Below, piece after piece: positions 36,647-50,284 of a DNA stretch of 64,000 nt. A program made the position numbers and the translations under genes. How positions within the stretch are numbered: the first letter of the stretch is position 1; the number at the start of each line of letters is the position of its first letter. The notes beneath the pieces were generated by a model, which saw nothing but the letters and a program-made list of their open reading frames with translations, was not told the DNA's origin and did not search any database. Location of the stretch: assembly GCA_964188305.1 (NCBI GenBank), contig OZ076894.1, one strand, 5' to 3'. The stretch is from Podarcis bocagei (Eukaryota).

Positions 36647-36895
36647 CCGTATTTTTCGCTCTATAAGACGCACCAGACCACAAGTTTTTGGAGGAGGAAA
36701 ACAAGAAAAAAAATATTCTGAATCTCAGAAGCCAGAACAGCAAGAGGGATCGCTGTGCAGTGAAAGCAGCAATCCCTCTTGCTGTTCTGGCTTCTGGGAT
36801 AGCTGCGCAGCCTGCATTCGCTCCATAAGATGCACACACATTTCCCCTTACTTTTTAGGAGGGAAAAAGTGAGTCTTATAGAGCAAAAAATACGG
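36647..36895. mobile_element. Tc2/pogo-like MITE with internal 25-bp perfect hairpin
   Basis: TA|CCGTATTTTTCGCTCTATAAGAC...GTCTTATAGAGCAAAAAATACGG|TA; stem 36726-36750 / 36772-36796. Confidence 0.88.
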
Positions 36896-39399
36896 TAGTT
36901 GGCTTGCATCCAGTAAAGTGAAGTGCAGAGGGATTAATGAAAGGTAGTCCTTTCCGTTTTATGGTGCCTTTATAAAACAGTGACTCAACCAAGCTCTTTT
37001 GTAATGGAAAGGAGATAGGAAGAGCAGGCCAATGACCCATCTAGTTTAGCATCCTGTTGTCACAGTAGATAACCAGATGCCTATGGCAAGCCCCAAAGCA
37101 GGACCTGAGACCTGCCAGTATTATTCAGTTGGATCTTGATAGCAAATGCATTGCTGCTGGAAGGGGTTGCTGTGATCTGGTGAGACCATAGATAGCAAGC
37201 GACAGCATGTAGGACACTAGCTCTGGCAAGTAAATTATGTGATAATGCAGCTTTCAAGTCTATTTGACACACAGAGATTGAAGAAAACAATCAAGCAGAG
37301 GCTAGTTACTTCCTCCCGTTTTCTTGGTTGGGGTTCTTGCTTCATTCTAGCAGTTTCAGTTCTTGCAAGATGGTTTGCATTTCTGCTCAGTGTTGCTGTT
37401 CAATTGACTAAAGATTCATTTGTTGTTGCTAAAGCTCAGTGTTTCTTACAGATTGAATTGACGCAGCCATATATAAGAATATGATTGCGATCATGTTGGA
37501 AGTACAGCAGCAGGGGGCATTCAGTGTGTGACTTGAGGGGCTAATTCTGCTATTGGTCTGGATGGCAGTAGACTTTGATCACTGAGACAACATTGAATAA
37601 CACCCACATGGGCTATGTATATATGCCAGTAAATATTTAACAATATTTTAATGAATTTATAGAGATTAGTGAGACCTAAGTTATAAGTCTTGTAAGTTAT
37701 AAGACCGAGTTATAAGTCTTGCATGTTAAAAGGGGGGCTTGATTTGGGGAGAAAGACTGTCTAGTCATTTCTCCAAACCATTCTGTATGCCAAAAAAAAA
37801 GCTAATATCTCTAAAAGCCAGACTTTTCTCTCAGCTTCTGTTCCCTCACCAGCCAAATCTTTAATACTAGAAAGAAAGATTCTTCTGTTTCGTTCAAGAC
37901 AGAAATTTAATCAAGAAAAGATGTTGTGGGGGAAAGCACTGGTCAAGTTCTGACATCCAGCTCTTCTGCAAAGATCCATCCCTCTTTAAATCTCTCCCCC
38001 CACTTTCTTTGAACTTAGAAAAATAATAATAATCCTGATGGAACAAAGGCAGTTTATGGGCAGAAGCAACCTTCTGTGGGCACCGTCAGTGGAGATGTAG
38101 CTGTGTCCCAGCATCCATATCTCCAGCCAGGATGCTGGCAGTGCTCATCAAGGCCAACCAGAATGATAATGGTGTGTCTCTTGATGTGCACACATCAGTT
38201 GTTCTGTGTGACTTACCATGACTGGTGTGTAGAGTTGGGTTTGGGCCAATGTTTGGATTTTCTTTTTAAAGGATACAACAACACCTCTGAAATAAATAAG
38301 GTTTCAACCAGTCGAAACCAAGCATACTCAGAAATTGAAGGATGCATTTTATAGCCATGGGATGTAGGGCTTGTGGTTAGGAAGCTTTGCAACATTGTGC
38401 CGAAGGCTGCCACATTAGCACCAAGTAAGAGCATCTCCTCACATTTCACCTACAATTCTATTCTCTGTTTCCCTCATGCACATTTCCAACACAATTTTCT
38501 CCTCCTTCAGATATATTCTGTGGCATCCTTGGGGATATAGTTCATAAAGGCAATTAGGTTTTTGTTTATGAAAGTGTGAGGGTATTTTTTGGCAGTTTTT
38601 CTCACAGAGCGAAAGGAAGGCTATTTCCACAAGTCACGTTTGATGCCAGCAGAGACATTTCACTAAATAGAATTAAGTATCATAGCTAAGGGCATTAATG
38701 TTGCAGAACAGATTATTCCATACACAAGATTTTATTTCGCACAGCAAGGTTTTCGGCCTCAAAACATATTTGGAGGTGGGCTGGAATAAACTAAAAATAG
38801 ACCGTAAAGAACTAATGAATATGGGGGAACTAGAGGCAGACAAGCAAGGCAGAAAATGGCAAATTAGGGCAAGGGAAATGCTCAGTATTAGAGCACATGG
38901 TTTGCAACAAAAAGGTCTCAGGCTGTCTCTCCAGATAGGCTGGGAAAGAGTCCCTAGTTTCAACCACCCTTATCAGAATTGTACTCACAGGCAATTTCTC
39001 TTCAGTATGGGAATACACATGAGCCCAGGGACTTCCAACAATATTATATTTCTCCCCACATACGAAAAAGGATCAGTGGTGGTACCAAACCTTTGTTGCA
39101 GTGAGCTAACCCTTCAGAGCCCTTCACTGCATCAAATAACTTGCAGAGTTGAGCATGGGGTCTCAATACTAAGCATGGTTATTGCTAATAAAGCTTCACT
39201 GTGTGTAAAATGCTTCACCTATCTCGGTCACCGCTGAAACCACCCAACGGCATAGGGCAGGTTGTGTTCCAGCCAATAAAAGGTAGCTTGGCAAAGGTCA
39301 TAGTTTGAAGGAATGACTTGAACTCAGGACCCATCTTTTCCCATCGCTACACTGCAGTAGTTATTATATCCACATCTCATGCTGCCACGTTGAGACTCA

Positions 39400-39620
39400 G
39401 ACAAGGATAGCCACCATCTTAATACAGAGTCCACCACTTCTTGTCGGAGTCTGTCAAACAGCTCTTACTGTCAGAAAGCTCTTCCTGGTGGTTAGTTGTA
39501 ATCTCCTTTCTTGTAACGTGAAGCCATTGGTTCAGGTCCTACCCTCCAGAGCAGGAGAAAACAAGGTTGCTCTATCCCTCATGTGACAGCCCTTTAGATA
39601 TTTGAGCTATCCCGTCTCTA
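39400..39620 (-). mobile_element. Old CR1 fragment
   Basis: Reverse complement resembles the CR1 at about 63070-63260 (TTGTTTTCTCCTGCTCTGGAG, TTTCTGACAGTAAGAGCTGTTTGACAG). Confidence 0.65.
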
Positions 39621-40085
39621 CCACTGAGCCATGGGCCTTCCCAGTCTGAGACATTTTTTGTCATGCTTGTGAACATGGTCAGCTGCAGAGTGCCAGGAAA
39701 GATGGACTTTGTTCTGATTGACCTTAAAAGCTGGGTTCTCCCATTTATTAGCTGATGCAGTAATTTTATGAGGGTGGTTGTTATGGTGTTTTCTCCTGGC
39801 GACCTAAAGATGTGCAGTGAAGACACCAGGTGAAATTTCCCGGGGAGAGCGTTGCACAAATGGGGAGCCACTGCAGAAAAGGTCCATTCTTGTGTTGCCA
39901 CCCTCTGGACCTCTCATGTAGGAGGCACACAAAGAAGGGCCTCAGATGATGATCACAATGTCCAAGTTGGTTCACGTACCATACTCCCATTTGGCCTCTG
40001 GGTTTGTGGCTTCAGTGACTGGGGACAATTGTCACCTGGAAGCACCTTCATTATTCCCTCTGTTGAGAAGCTCAGCTAGTGATTA

Positions 40086-40546
40086 CAGTGGCACCTCGGG
40101 TTAAGAACTTAATTTGTTCTGGAGGTCCATTCTTAACCTTAAACTGTTCTTAACCCGAGGTACCACTTTAGCTAATGGGGCCTCCCACTGCCGCTGCGCA
40201 ATTTCTGTTCTCATCCTGAAGCAAAGTTCTTAACTTGAGGTACTATTTCTGGGTTAGCAGAGTCTGTAACCTGAAGCATCTGTAAGCCGAGGTGTTGTTG
40301 TTTAGTCGTTTAGTCGTGTCCGACTCTTCGTGACCCCATGGACCAGAGCATGTCAGGCACTCCTGTCTTCCACTGCCTCCTGCAGTTTGGTTAAACTCAT
40401 GCTGGTAGCTTCGAGAACACTGTCCAACCATCTCGTTCTCTATCGTCACCTTCTCCTTGTGCCCTCCATCTTTCCCAACATCAGGGTCTTTGCCAGGGAG
40501 TCTTCTCGTAACCAGAGAACCACTGTGGTAACCCGAGGTACCACTG
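40086..40546. mobile_element. Tigger/pogo-like MITE with BovB inserted in its right TIR
   Basis: Family TIRs, TA flanks; right end split by BovB. Confidence 0.85.
40294..40507 (-). mobile_element. BovB LINE short 3' fragment
   Basis: Matches the other BovB 3' ends; TSD-like GTAA(G/C)CCGAGGT. Confidence 0.92.
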
Positions 40547-41543
40547 TATTTAATCATAAGCAAAATGAGAGTTGAGTTTAGTTTAGTTGAGAGACAACAA
40601 TGATACACACAGGGCAAGAAATGTGTGGTACATGAAATACACAGATACAGTTGCAATACATGAAATACACAGATACAGTATAAAATGATGCAACAGAGCA
40701 CTGATGTACCATAAAGTTCACACACACACACGATGAAATGCAAGGTAACCTCAGCATGTCAATATGTCAGGTCAGTGTTGAACACCTTATTATCAACCTT
40801 GTGCTTAGCTGAGCTTGAGGAACAATAGAGGCTAAATATCTTACAGACTGGTTTAACTTTGGCCGGTGCCAGCCAACACTGTGGCATTGTGTTTACAGAG
40901 GAAGGATGTGTTTTTCTTTCTCTTCAAGGGCAAGCAGAGATGCTTTGTATCCAAACCCTCCTGATTGCTTTAACTTTGCTGATACATCAGTGTGGCCAAA
41001 ATAGATACATCCCTTTGAGCATTTTCTTATTGCATGTCAGGACTATTGTATATGTGACATGGGAAGATGAGACAAATGACCTGTTATGCATCCAGCTAGC
41101 TCCTCTGGATCAAGAGGGGTGAGGTGCAAGGAATGTGTGAAATGAAGCAGATTAAATAGATGATTTCTCACAGAGAAGTGCAAGGAATTACAGCCTAATG
41201 TTACTGAGAGCCAGTGGCCACGTTCGCATCTGACACTTGGCCCATTCGCCCTTAACACTAATCCATAGTTCATTTTATTTAGGAAATTTACAAAGCAGCT
41301 TAATATTTAAAGAGGGGTCTACAGCAAATGAAAACAGCATAATCACAGTAAACAGATTGCACAGCAATCAGCTATATTTGTTGCTGGTATTAGCAATCCA
41401 GGAATGCATAAGAAGGTGTCAGAAACACAATGTGGTTGGTGCCTGTCTTACTATCTAGAGGAAGTTCCACAAAATGGAGCTGTAACACTGAAGTCTCTCC
41501 TCTGTGTGACTGCAAGATGTATATGGGAAGCATGTTTACCCTA

Positions 41544-42057
41544 TGTTGTTGTTGTTTAGTCGTTTAGTCGTGTCTGACTCTATGTGACCCCATGAACCAG
41601 AGCACGCCAGGTACTCCTGTCTTCCACTGCCTCCCGCAGTTTGGTCAAACTCAATGCTGGTAGCTTCGAGAACACTGTCCAACCATCTCGTCCTCTGTCG
41701 TCACCTTCTCCTTGTGCCCTCCATCTTCCCCAACATCAGGGTCTTTTCAAGGGAGTCTTCTCTTCTCATGAGGTGACCAAAGTATTGGAGCCTCAGCTTC
41801 ACGATCTGTCCTTCCAGTGAGTACTCAGGGCTGATTTCCTTAAGAATGGATAGGTTTGATCTTCTTGCAGTCCATGGGACTCTCAAGAGTCTCCTCCAGC
41901 ACCATAATTCAAAAGCATCCATTCTTCGGCGACCAGCCTTCTTTATAGTCCAGCTCTCACTTCCATACATCACTACTGGGAAAACCATAGCTTTTACTAT
42001 ATGGACCTTTGTTGGCAAGGTGATGTCTCTGCTTTTTAAGATGCTGTCTAGGTTTGT
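41544..42057 (-). mobile_element. BovB LINE 3' fragment
   Basis: TNLDSILKSRDITLPTKVHIVKAMVFPVVMYG...; (CAA)n tail. Confidence 0.95.
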
Positions 42058-43641
42058 TTGATTATGTGAACCCAACCCCGTGACTAACCATGGTATGTTT
42101 TCTACCAACAAAGCCATGGTTTGTTCTTGGCCTATGAGCCAAGGCTTGCTTTATAGTTTGGTGCTATTTTTGAACCACACATCTTTGCTTAATCACAGTT
42201 GTAGTTTGTTGAGAATTAGGGATGGGATCACCAAACAAAGGCATGAGGCAAGTGTAGCTGTAAAATGAACCAGGCTTTGGAGAAGGCGACTTGTGGTTTG
42301 TTGAACAAACTGTGGTTAAAAGAAACCATGACATAGTGTTATGTGTGAATGCAGTCAGTTTATGTGTGGTAAGTTTCACTTGGATTTATAAAACCTGTGC
42401 TCAAATCTGTCAAATTTCATAAAATAAAATGAATAAATATTCTATTAATCTGGAAGGCAAATCTAATTGCAGTTCCCAAACTGAAGTATATCAGCAACTA
42501 TTTATATAGCAGCTGTTATCTTTTCCACACTTCTGAGTGTCCTTGTTTTTGTCAACTCTTTGCCTGAGAGACAACTGTACTCTGGGCCAGCTGTCCGTTC
42601 CAGAGGTCCAGTCCTTTATAATCCAGACTGGAAACTGTGCCAAATATCTTGGCAGCTCTACAAAAATACAGCTTTTATGTTTTGGAGAAACAATGCATTG
42701 TGAAAGCTGTCAAGTTAAGTTGCCTTGATGGAGAAGCTGGCTAGAATTTACTGAGGCAGAATTCCCTTCAATAACTAATCATTTCAAGGGGGTGGGAATC
42801 TTTAGAACTAAAACCATAAAGTTTTGTAAGTGAACCCCCCAGGACTGGAATCACCAAATGGCCTCACTGGACAGCAATTGGCTCCTCAGAACCTACCACT
42901 GATAATCTGTCCAGGGCTTCGCTTAGCACTCAATGCGTGAGGAGCTACCATTTTGATTTTTTCACAATGCTGGGACATTGAAGAAAGTTAAAATAACTGG
43001 TGCCACCTATCATCACTGGTAAGCCTGTGAAGACCCACTGAAGTAGGAGTTAATGGAGGGCTCCACAAACCTCCTGATGGTGCTGAAAATTCCCAGTCCT
43101 CAACTACACAGTTCTGTTGGTTCAAGAATGGAGGTGACAGTATTCACAGTAGCATATAACAGTTGTTAAGTGAGTAGGCTGCAAAAGAGGAACTGTCTAG
43201 TTCAGATCTTGCCTGCACTGTGAACTTGCTAGTTGGACATAGACAAACTTTATCTCAACTCCTCTTCCCTGGGAAATCTCAATATGTGTCCTGACTTCTG
43301 CCCAGCATATGGAGACAGAGACTCTTACATGTAAGTAAAAAAGAGATCTTTATTGAGGAAAGTAATGGTACAGGTTCGGCAGCAGATGTAGGGTTCAGGA
43401 GTTGCAGTTCAGCAGGTGAGCAAATCAGCCAAGAAGTTTCAAATGGACGGAAGCAATGAAGATGTCCCAACAGCTTCCACACTCTGCCTCTGAAGCTTTT
43501 AACCATGAGGCATGGCACGCTCACTCACTCACTAGACTTGCTTGTTTTGTGGGGATGTCAGGATTGCAACTGCACCTTCCTTCTGGGTGGATGGGCCTGC
43601 TCCCACCTGTGTGGAAGTAGCACCTGGTTCTAGGTGACAAT

Positions 43642-43885
43642 AGAAGAGTTTGGATTTGATATCCCGCTTTATCACTACCCGAAGGATTCTCAAAGTGGCC
43701 AACATTCTCCTTTCCCTTCCTCCCCCACAACAAACACTCTGTGAGGTGAGTGAGGCTGAGAGACTTCAAAGAAGTGTGACTAGCCCAAGGTCACCCAGCA
43801 GCTGCATGTGGAGGAGCGGAGATGCGAACCCGGTTCACCAGATTATGAGTCTACCGCTCTTAACCACTACACCACACTGGCTCTC
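43642..43885 (-). mobile_element. tRNA-derived SINE (Squam3-type)
   Basis: Reverse complement of 27782-28031. Confidence 0.87.
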
Positions 43886-44662
43886 ATCCACCTCATGAGT
43901 TGCTGGTATCTCCTGTTTTGATGCTACCTTATTTTAGAAATTGAGCACTGCACCACTTTCATCTGAGTATCTCCAATAATGCACAGTTTATTGTAGTCTT
44001 TCTTGGTCAGAGTAGTGGTTGCGTATGGATGACATGGATTGGGGAAGTTTGCTCTGTGGCAGCTTCTTGAGTAACTGCTAATAGAATATCAATATTACTC
44101 TTGCAGTAAAGTTGGAGTGTCATTCATTAATTGCCTAATCGTTACTCCAGGTCCTTGAACAAACAGTATCTGAGAACCAGTGTGAGAAACAAGACATCAA
44201 TATCACTAAATATACATACATATATCCCATATTTAATTATAGCTGTGCACAGTAATTCCCAAGCCTTTATTTAATTCTCATTAATAACTCCCTGCACTCC
44301 GGAATGTAAATGCCAACTGTGTGCGCAAGTTTTTCAGGCTTACAGAATATATTGCAAAACAAGCCAGCACATTTTATATATAGCCCATGCGTGGAGTAAA
44401 ATGTCGGGAGCGTTGCAGTACAACAGTGAGCAGCCCTGTCCTGCACAAACAGCCACACCCTTTTCTTCCATTTGTTCACGAAATCCAAAGACTGCCTCTG
44501 CTAGAGCTATACTTGCACTAGTACTGAGAGGTGACGTGGCAAAGCGGAAGGAAAGGAAGCACAGAAGAGGAGCTAGCAATGCATAGGAGCCTTTTGCAGT
44601 ATTTTTTTTTTTAAGAAGGAAATGATGGACTTTAGGAAATGCAGAGACCTACTATGGCTTAG

Positions 44663-45107
44663 GTCCATATAGTTAAAGCTATGGTTTTCCCAATAGTGAT
44701 GTATGAAAGTGAGAGCTGGACCATAAAGAAGACTGGTCGCCAAAGAATTGATGCTTTTGAATTATGGTGCTGGAGGAGACTCTTGAGAGTCCCATGGACT
44801 GCAAGAAGATCAAACCGATCCATTCTGAAGGAAATCAGCCCTGAGTGCTCACTGGAAGGACAGATCGTGAAGCTGAGGCTCCAATACTTTGGCCACCTCA
44901 TGAGAAGACTCCTTGGAAATGACCCTGATGTTGGGGAAGATGGAGGGCACAAGGAGAAGGAGACGACAGAGGACGAGATGGTTGGACAGTGTTCTCAAAG
45001 CTACCAGCATGAGTTTGACCAAACTGCCGGAGGCAGTGGAAGACAGGAGTGCCTGGTGTGCTCTGGTCCATGGGGTTATGAAGAGTCGGACATGACTAAA
45101 CAACAAC
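44663..45107 (+). mobile_element. BovB LINE 3' fragment
   Basis: BovB C-terminal peptide; 12-bp TSD ACTATGGCTTAG (44651-44662, 45108-45119). Confidence 0.95.
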
Positions 45108-46323
45108 ACTATGGCTTAGACAGAATGATAAGTAGGTGATTGTTCCATGGGTTAAAATTCTTGTGTAACCAGGAGGATTTCTAAAATTAATTCCACAATT
45201 GGAGCATGGGCTGTAGCTTTCATTTCCTTTGCATCTTACCAACCCACACCCCATATACAAACACTGATGAAACACTGCAGTTTCCTTATATTTGTAGGGG
45301 AAGGTCTTTTCCGCGTCCTACTCATGGTGGATTTTCTGCTATGGCTAGGTTGTGGGACTCCATAGCAAGGGCAGCTCTCCTTTGACCTTATCTCTAGAGG
45401 TATTCTGTGATCTGCTCTCAGTGTTGCTATTCCACCACGCATTTGGCCAACCTGGCTCAGAAATCTGTTGTAGTGACCCTTTACTTTAAGGCTACTTCAT
45501 CTGCTGTGACGGCCCCCATAGATCTTTCTTTCACGTAGTTTCATGTGAAATTCGTAGTTTAAATTTTTTTCCTTGCTTGCTTGCCTTTTAGAGCAAGCCC
45601 TCACCAGGTTGTTAACTTTCAAGGTTAATACCATGACTTAGAGTTGAGTCCAGAAATGAATAAATAACCAATCCAATGATGAAAAGGCAGTATAATACAA
45701 TCAAACTACTTACTAGCCTCTAGTAACTGAATTTTGCACCACCTGAAATTTGGACAGGTCATCGTAATAGATTTCCCATCTCTGTGCTGGCCAGATGTAT
45801 TATGCCTCTCAGGCTTGATAATAGAACAATCTATGGCCCTTCTACTTGCTGGTTGAACATGATGAAAGCCTTGATCTGGCCAGTGGCCTATCTAGTCTAG
45901 CATCCTGTTCTCACAGTGGCCAATCAGATCCCTGTGGGAAGCACAGAAGCAGGCTCTGAACACTGCAGCACTTTGCCCATCGCTCCTCAGGCAAGACTTC
46001 TGATCAAGACAGGCCCTTTTGTTAGGCAGAATGGCAGAGAGCCTCAGGTGGCAGATACAAAGTGGTGGGGGCAGGTAGCTGCCCCTTCCTCTCCTCTCCT
46101 CTTCTTGAACCCCACTGGTCATTCCCCTTTCTCAGTGTACAGACCTGTGTGCGCCACATGACCTACCCTGCACCTCTAAGTTAGCACACCACTCTCATGT
46201 GCAGTGGAGCATGATGCGTTCCCGTTATCAGTGTCAAAGCAAGATTCAACTGCCACCCCAGTCATCTCATTTATGTGGAATGGAAAGGCATTATATTGTC
46301 CTTTCTCAAACTGGCCTTTAGAC

Positions 46324-46458
46324 CAGGGTTTCCCAAACCTGGGTCTCCAGCTGGTTTTGGACTACAGTTCCCATCATCCTTGGCTACTGGTCCTGCTAGC
46401 TAGGGATGATGGGAGTTGTAGTCCAAAAGCAGCTGGAGACTCAGTTTGGGAAATCCTG
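46324..46458. mobile_element. Charlie-like hAT palindromic MITE
   Basis: CAGGGTTTCCCAAAC / GTTTGGGAAATCCTG; perfect TSD CTTTAGAC. Confidence 0.9.
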
Positions 46459-49025
46459 CTTTAGACAGATAAAATGCAACCGCTAAGAACATTTCCACAC
46501 TGACTATTTCCCGCAGACTTTTAAAAAGTTGTCCTGAGAGTACAGTGTCCATCTCATCTTAGCTCCCCTCCTCCCCGCCACTGCTAGGTTAGTGTGGGAT
46601 TGCAAATCGCCCAGGGTACCTGCACCTTCCCAGTGACTGTGAGATATAAACACACTGAGTGCACTTGACAGGTTTTGACAGGTTCGTTCGAAGTCTGAGA
46701 GACGGGGGCAAAGGGAGCTCAAGTGAAAACAGGCACAAGATGAGCAATACATCTTTGAGGAAGAGGCACGGTTTGATGAGGTGAAGTGATGTTGCAGTTT
46801 CTGATGGCCTCCTGAAGATTGATGTCACAATGGTGCCCTTGCTGTGCACCAGCAGAGCTGCACTCATTGTCTTTCATGCTTACTTCTCAGGTGTGGGAGG
46901 GGACCATCTTCCTCAGAACCACCACATAGAACTGATTGTCAGGCTCCGTTGAGTGTCAGTCATGGAATGGCGTAATAAAGGCTACATTGAAGGCCAGCTT
47001 CTCCTTTCATATATATATATATATGTATACACACCTGTGGCAGTCTTCCTTCTGGGGGTGGGGTTCAAAGAACCTGTGTGGAATTCTCATGTGTTCTCTA
47101 GTCTGCTCACTGGCCAATCTAAGATGTACTTAGCTTTAACACCATTAAGAGTATACTCTGATCTCTGTAATCTCAGGGTATCTTGAAAGAGGCTCCGTTC
47201 ATTCTTGGTCATATTGTGAGGGAGAACTCATAGCTCAGTGGTAGCTTTATGTGCAAAAGCTACCAGTTCAGTCCTTGACATTTCCAGTTTAAACAGGAAT
47301 CATGTAGTGCGTGATATGAAAGGCCTGGACTAGATGAGTCCATAACCATGATATGAAATCATGGCAGTTGCTTATATTACTAAAACCACCACATGAATTT
47401 GGGAGTCTGGATGTCTCACCATTCAGAAACTTTGAAGAACACATGGGCTCATACAAAGCAGTGCCCAAAGGCTACTTAAATGTTGTTGTTGGCACCCGTG
47501 TGTCTTGAGAAACAATTGAGTGCACCTCTGAGGATGAAGTCAAATCGCTGGAGAAGACGACATGTACATCTATGCACCTAGTCATTTATAATTATCGTAC
47601 TTGGGCCCAATCCACTATGTGTACATGTGTTGGCAAGTCGTGAATGACAGCAGATTTTCAATCAGTGTCAACCCTTGTCACAATTTGTCACTTAATTGTC
47701 CCACACATTTTGCTCTGCTAAAGCAATTAACAATGTATAACAACCTTTATATTCCTGCTTGTGATGTCTTAGATGACTCCTTACAATTCTCTCTTTCTGT
47801 CCTCCTCCTGGGAACTCCCAGAATAAACACCTATGAGATGCCACCTCCCTCTTGCTTCAAATCCCTCCTCAAAAACCAGTATTTGCTGTAAAGCCTCTAT
47901 CTCAGCTCCTTAGTTTACATCCAACTGAAACAAAGTCTAATTATATGTGGCTGTACTTGCTGATATGCAAGGCTGGCTCCAGGTTTGAGGAGTTCCTGGG
48001 CAAACTCTGTGGTGGACCCTAGTGGGCTTGCTTGTCTGTAGTGGTTCAACTGCCCTAGGCAGCTGGTCTTGCCACTTCCACAATGCCACTGAATAATGCT
48101 TGGTCAGATGAATTTTGGAAATATAAGGAGTGGATAGATCCAGATTGCTGGCACTCGACAGAATTCTGCACCAGGAAAAACAAATTAAGGAGAGCCCAAG
48201 ACAGGTATTATGAATAGGCCCTTCTGGAGCCCTGGGATGCTGGCATCTGCCCCAGGATACCAGGTGCTGACTCTGGTCCTACTCATATTTCATTCCTTGC
48301 TACTACTGGCCTCTCCTTTTGCTATCTCTTCCAGTGTCAGAATTTAGACTGCAAGTTTCTGGGGGCAAGTGCCTGTCCTTTTTGTTGTTGCTTCTGTTCC
48401 ATGATATTGATGGCACTGGATTAATAGCAAGCCAGCAAAAATAAATAATACTTAGAGCTGAAAAGCTGGAAGTTCCCAATATGCCACCCTGAATTATCTA
48501 AGAAATACTGCCAATATTGTGCCGTTGCTGACAAAGGCTCCTTTTTAATGGCAACCCTTATTGGATCTAGAGGCAGGCATTAAGGACATGTGGAAGACAG
48601 TGTCATTTTACTGACAGAACATGCAGGAAGAATTAAGATCTTTGTCACCCTCTAATGGCAAAGGCGCTGCATACCATACAGAGAAAGAAGGAAATCTTGT
48701 ATTTCCTAGTCCTGATTCTCCATCTCCCTCTTGCCCCTTGTTGAAAGCTTTTTTAGTTTACATACATTTTGGTCAAAGTTTCAGTGATGAAATAGTTTAG
48801 AAACAATAAATTTACCAAAACAGTAATTTTTCAGGGGTTTCTCAGACCCTTACACCCCTTCGAGGGCTTCCTATCTACAGGTGGTTGCTTTGGCTCTCAG
48901 AATCTGGCAATATTTTGGTGGCAGGACTGTGTTAGTTGAATTTCCAATTACCTTCCGGGGATTCCTACCCCACAGTCACAAGGATCTGCTGAAGAGCTTA
49001 GTAGGACACAGAGGACAATAGAGTA

Positions 49026-50284
49026 CTGTATTTTTCCGTGTATTGGATGCCTCCATGTATAGGACACTCCCTATTTTTTGGGTCCCCAAATTAAGAAAAT
49101 GGGGGGAAATTGCCCTGACTTGTTGAAATTTTGGGGGAGAGGGTTGCCCAGAGGCTAAGAACCCCACACGTCTAACAGGCTGCCTATCACCTGTTCCCTT
49201 GTTGGCAATTGCTGAGCTTTTGGGGGGCAGAGTTGAGCTTTTTTTGGGGGGAGTGGTGAAGCTTTTCTTTCAATTACTTTTAGCACTTTTTGCCTTTCCT
49301 GCAGAGCCTCTGAACAGTATTGTTCTTGCCTCCTCCCACTCTGCCCGCCCTACGGCTGGGAGGGAGGCTGTAGGCAGTCCGTTTTTGCCGTGTGGTGTCT
49401 TTGCGTGGTTCCATTTGTGCACGGGCGGTGCAACGTTACACAGGAGGAGCATGGCGATTGAAGTAATACTCTTTGCCTTTAACACCAGCGAAACATTGCG
49501 CCTTGCGCTCCTCCTGTGTAACATTGCGCCACCCTCACACAAATGGAGCCATGCGAAGACTCTGCGCAGAAAAAACAGAATGCATGCAGCCTGCCCCACG
49601 CAGCCTCTGCCGGTAGGGCGGGCAGTGTGGGAGGAGGCAAGCAGACTGAGAATGCCCCATGGAAAGGGCGCAGAGGGGAGAGATATCTTCGATTGCCGCA
49701 GCCAACTGCAGAGGCAACGCCTCTCCCATGGGGTGCAATGTTAAAGGCCTGGGGGGTATTAATTCAATTGTCACGCTCCTCATGTGTAATGTTGCACCGC
49801 CCGCGCACAAATAGAGCCGCGTGAAGACACTGCACGGCAAAAACAGACTGCCTACAGCCTTCCTCCCCGCTGTAGGGCAGGCAGAGTGGGAGGAGGCAAG
49901 CAGACTACGGAGGCCTCGCGGCTCGCCACTGCCAGGAGCTGTGACTGCTAGAACAAGTTCCATACAGTGGTACCTCGGGTTACAGACGCTTCAGGTTACA
50001 GACTCCGCTAACCCAGAAATAGTACCTCGGGTTAAGAACTTTGCTTCAGGATGAGAACAGAAATCGCGCGGCGGTGGTGGGAGGCCCCATTAGCTAAAGT
50101 GATACCTCAGGTTAAGAACAGTTTCAGGTTAAGAACAGGCCTCCAGAACAAATTAAGTTCTTAACCCGTGGTACCACTGTATTTATTTATATATTTAATT
50201 GCTATATTCCTTGGGTAAGACGACCCACATTTTTAGACCTAAAAAATTGGGCAAAAACCTCATTTTATAGACGGGGAAATGCTG
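49026..50284. mobile_element. Larger Tc2/pogo-like non-autonomous element with internal inverted repeats and a nested MITE
   Basis: TA|CTGTATTTTTCCGTGTAT left end; degenerate right end ATAGACGGGGAAATGCTG|TA; three internal copies of a roughly 135-bp unit. Confidence 0.65.
49965..50179. mobile_element. Tigger/pogo-like MITE (nested)
   Basis: Family TIRs, TA flanks. Confidence 0.9.

Noticed and set aside
38698-39237. 179-aa ORF in unique sequence (possible gene or viral fossil)
   Set aside because: Starts at a non-ATG codon and has no recognisable motif or splice context; compatible with chance.
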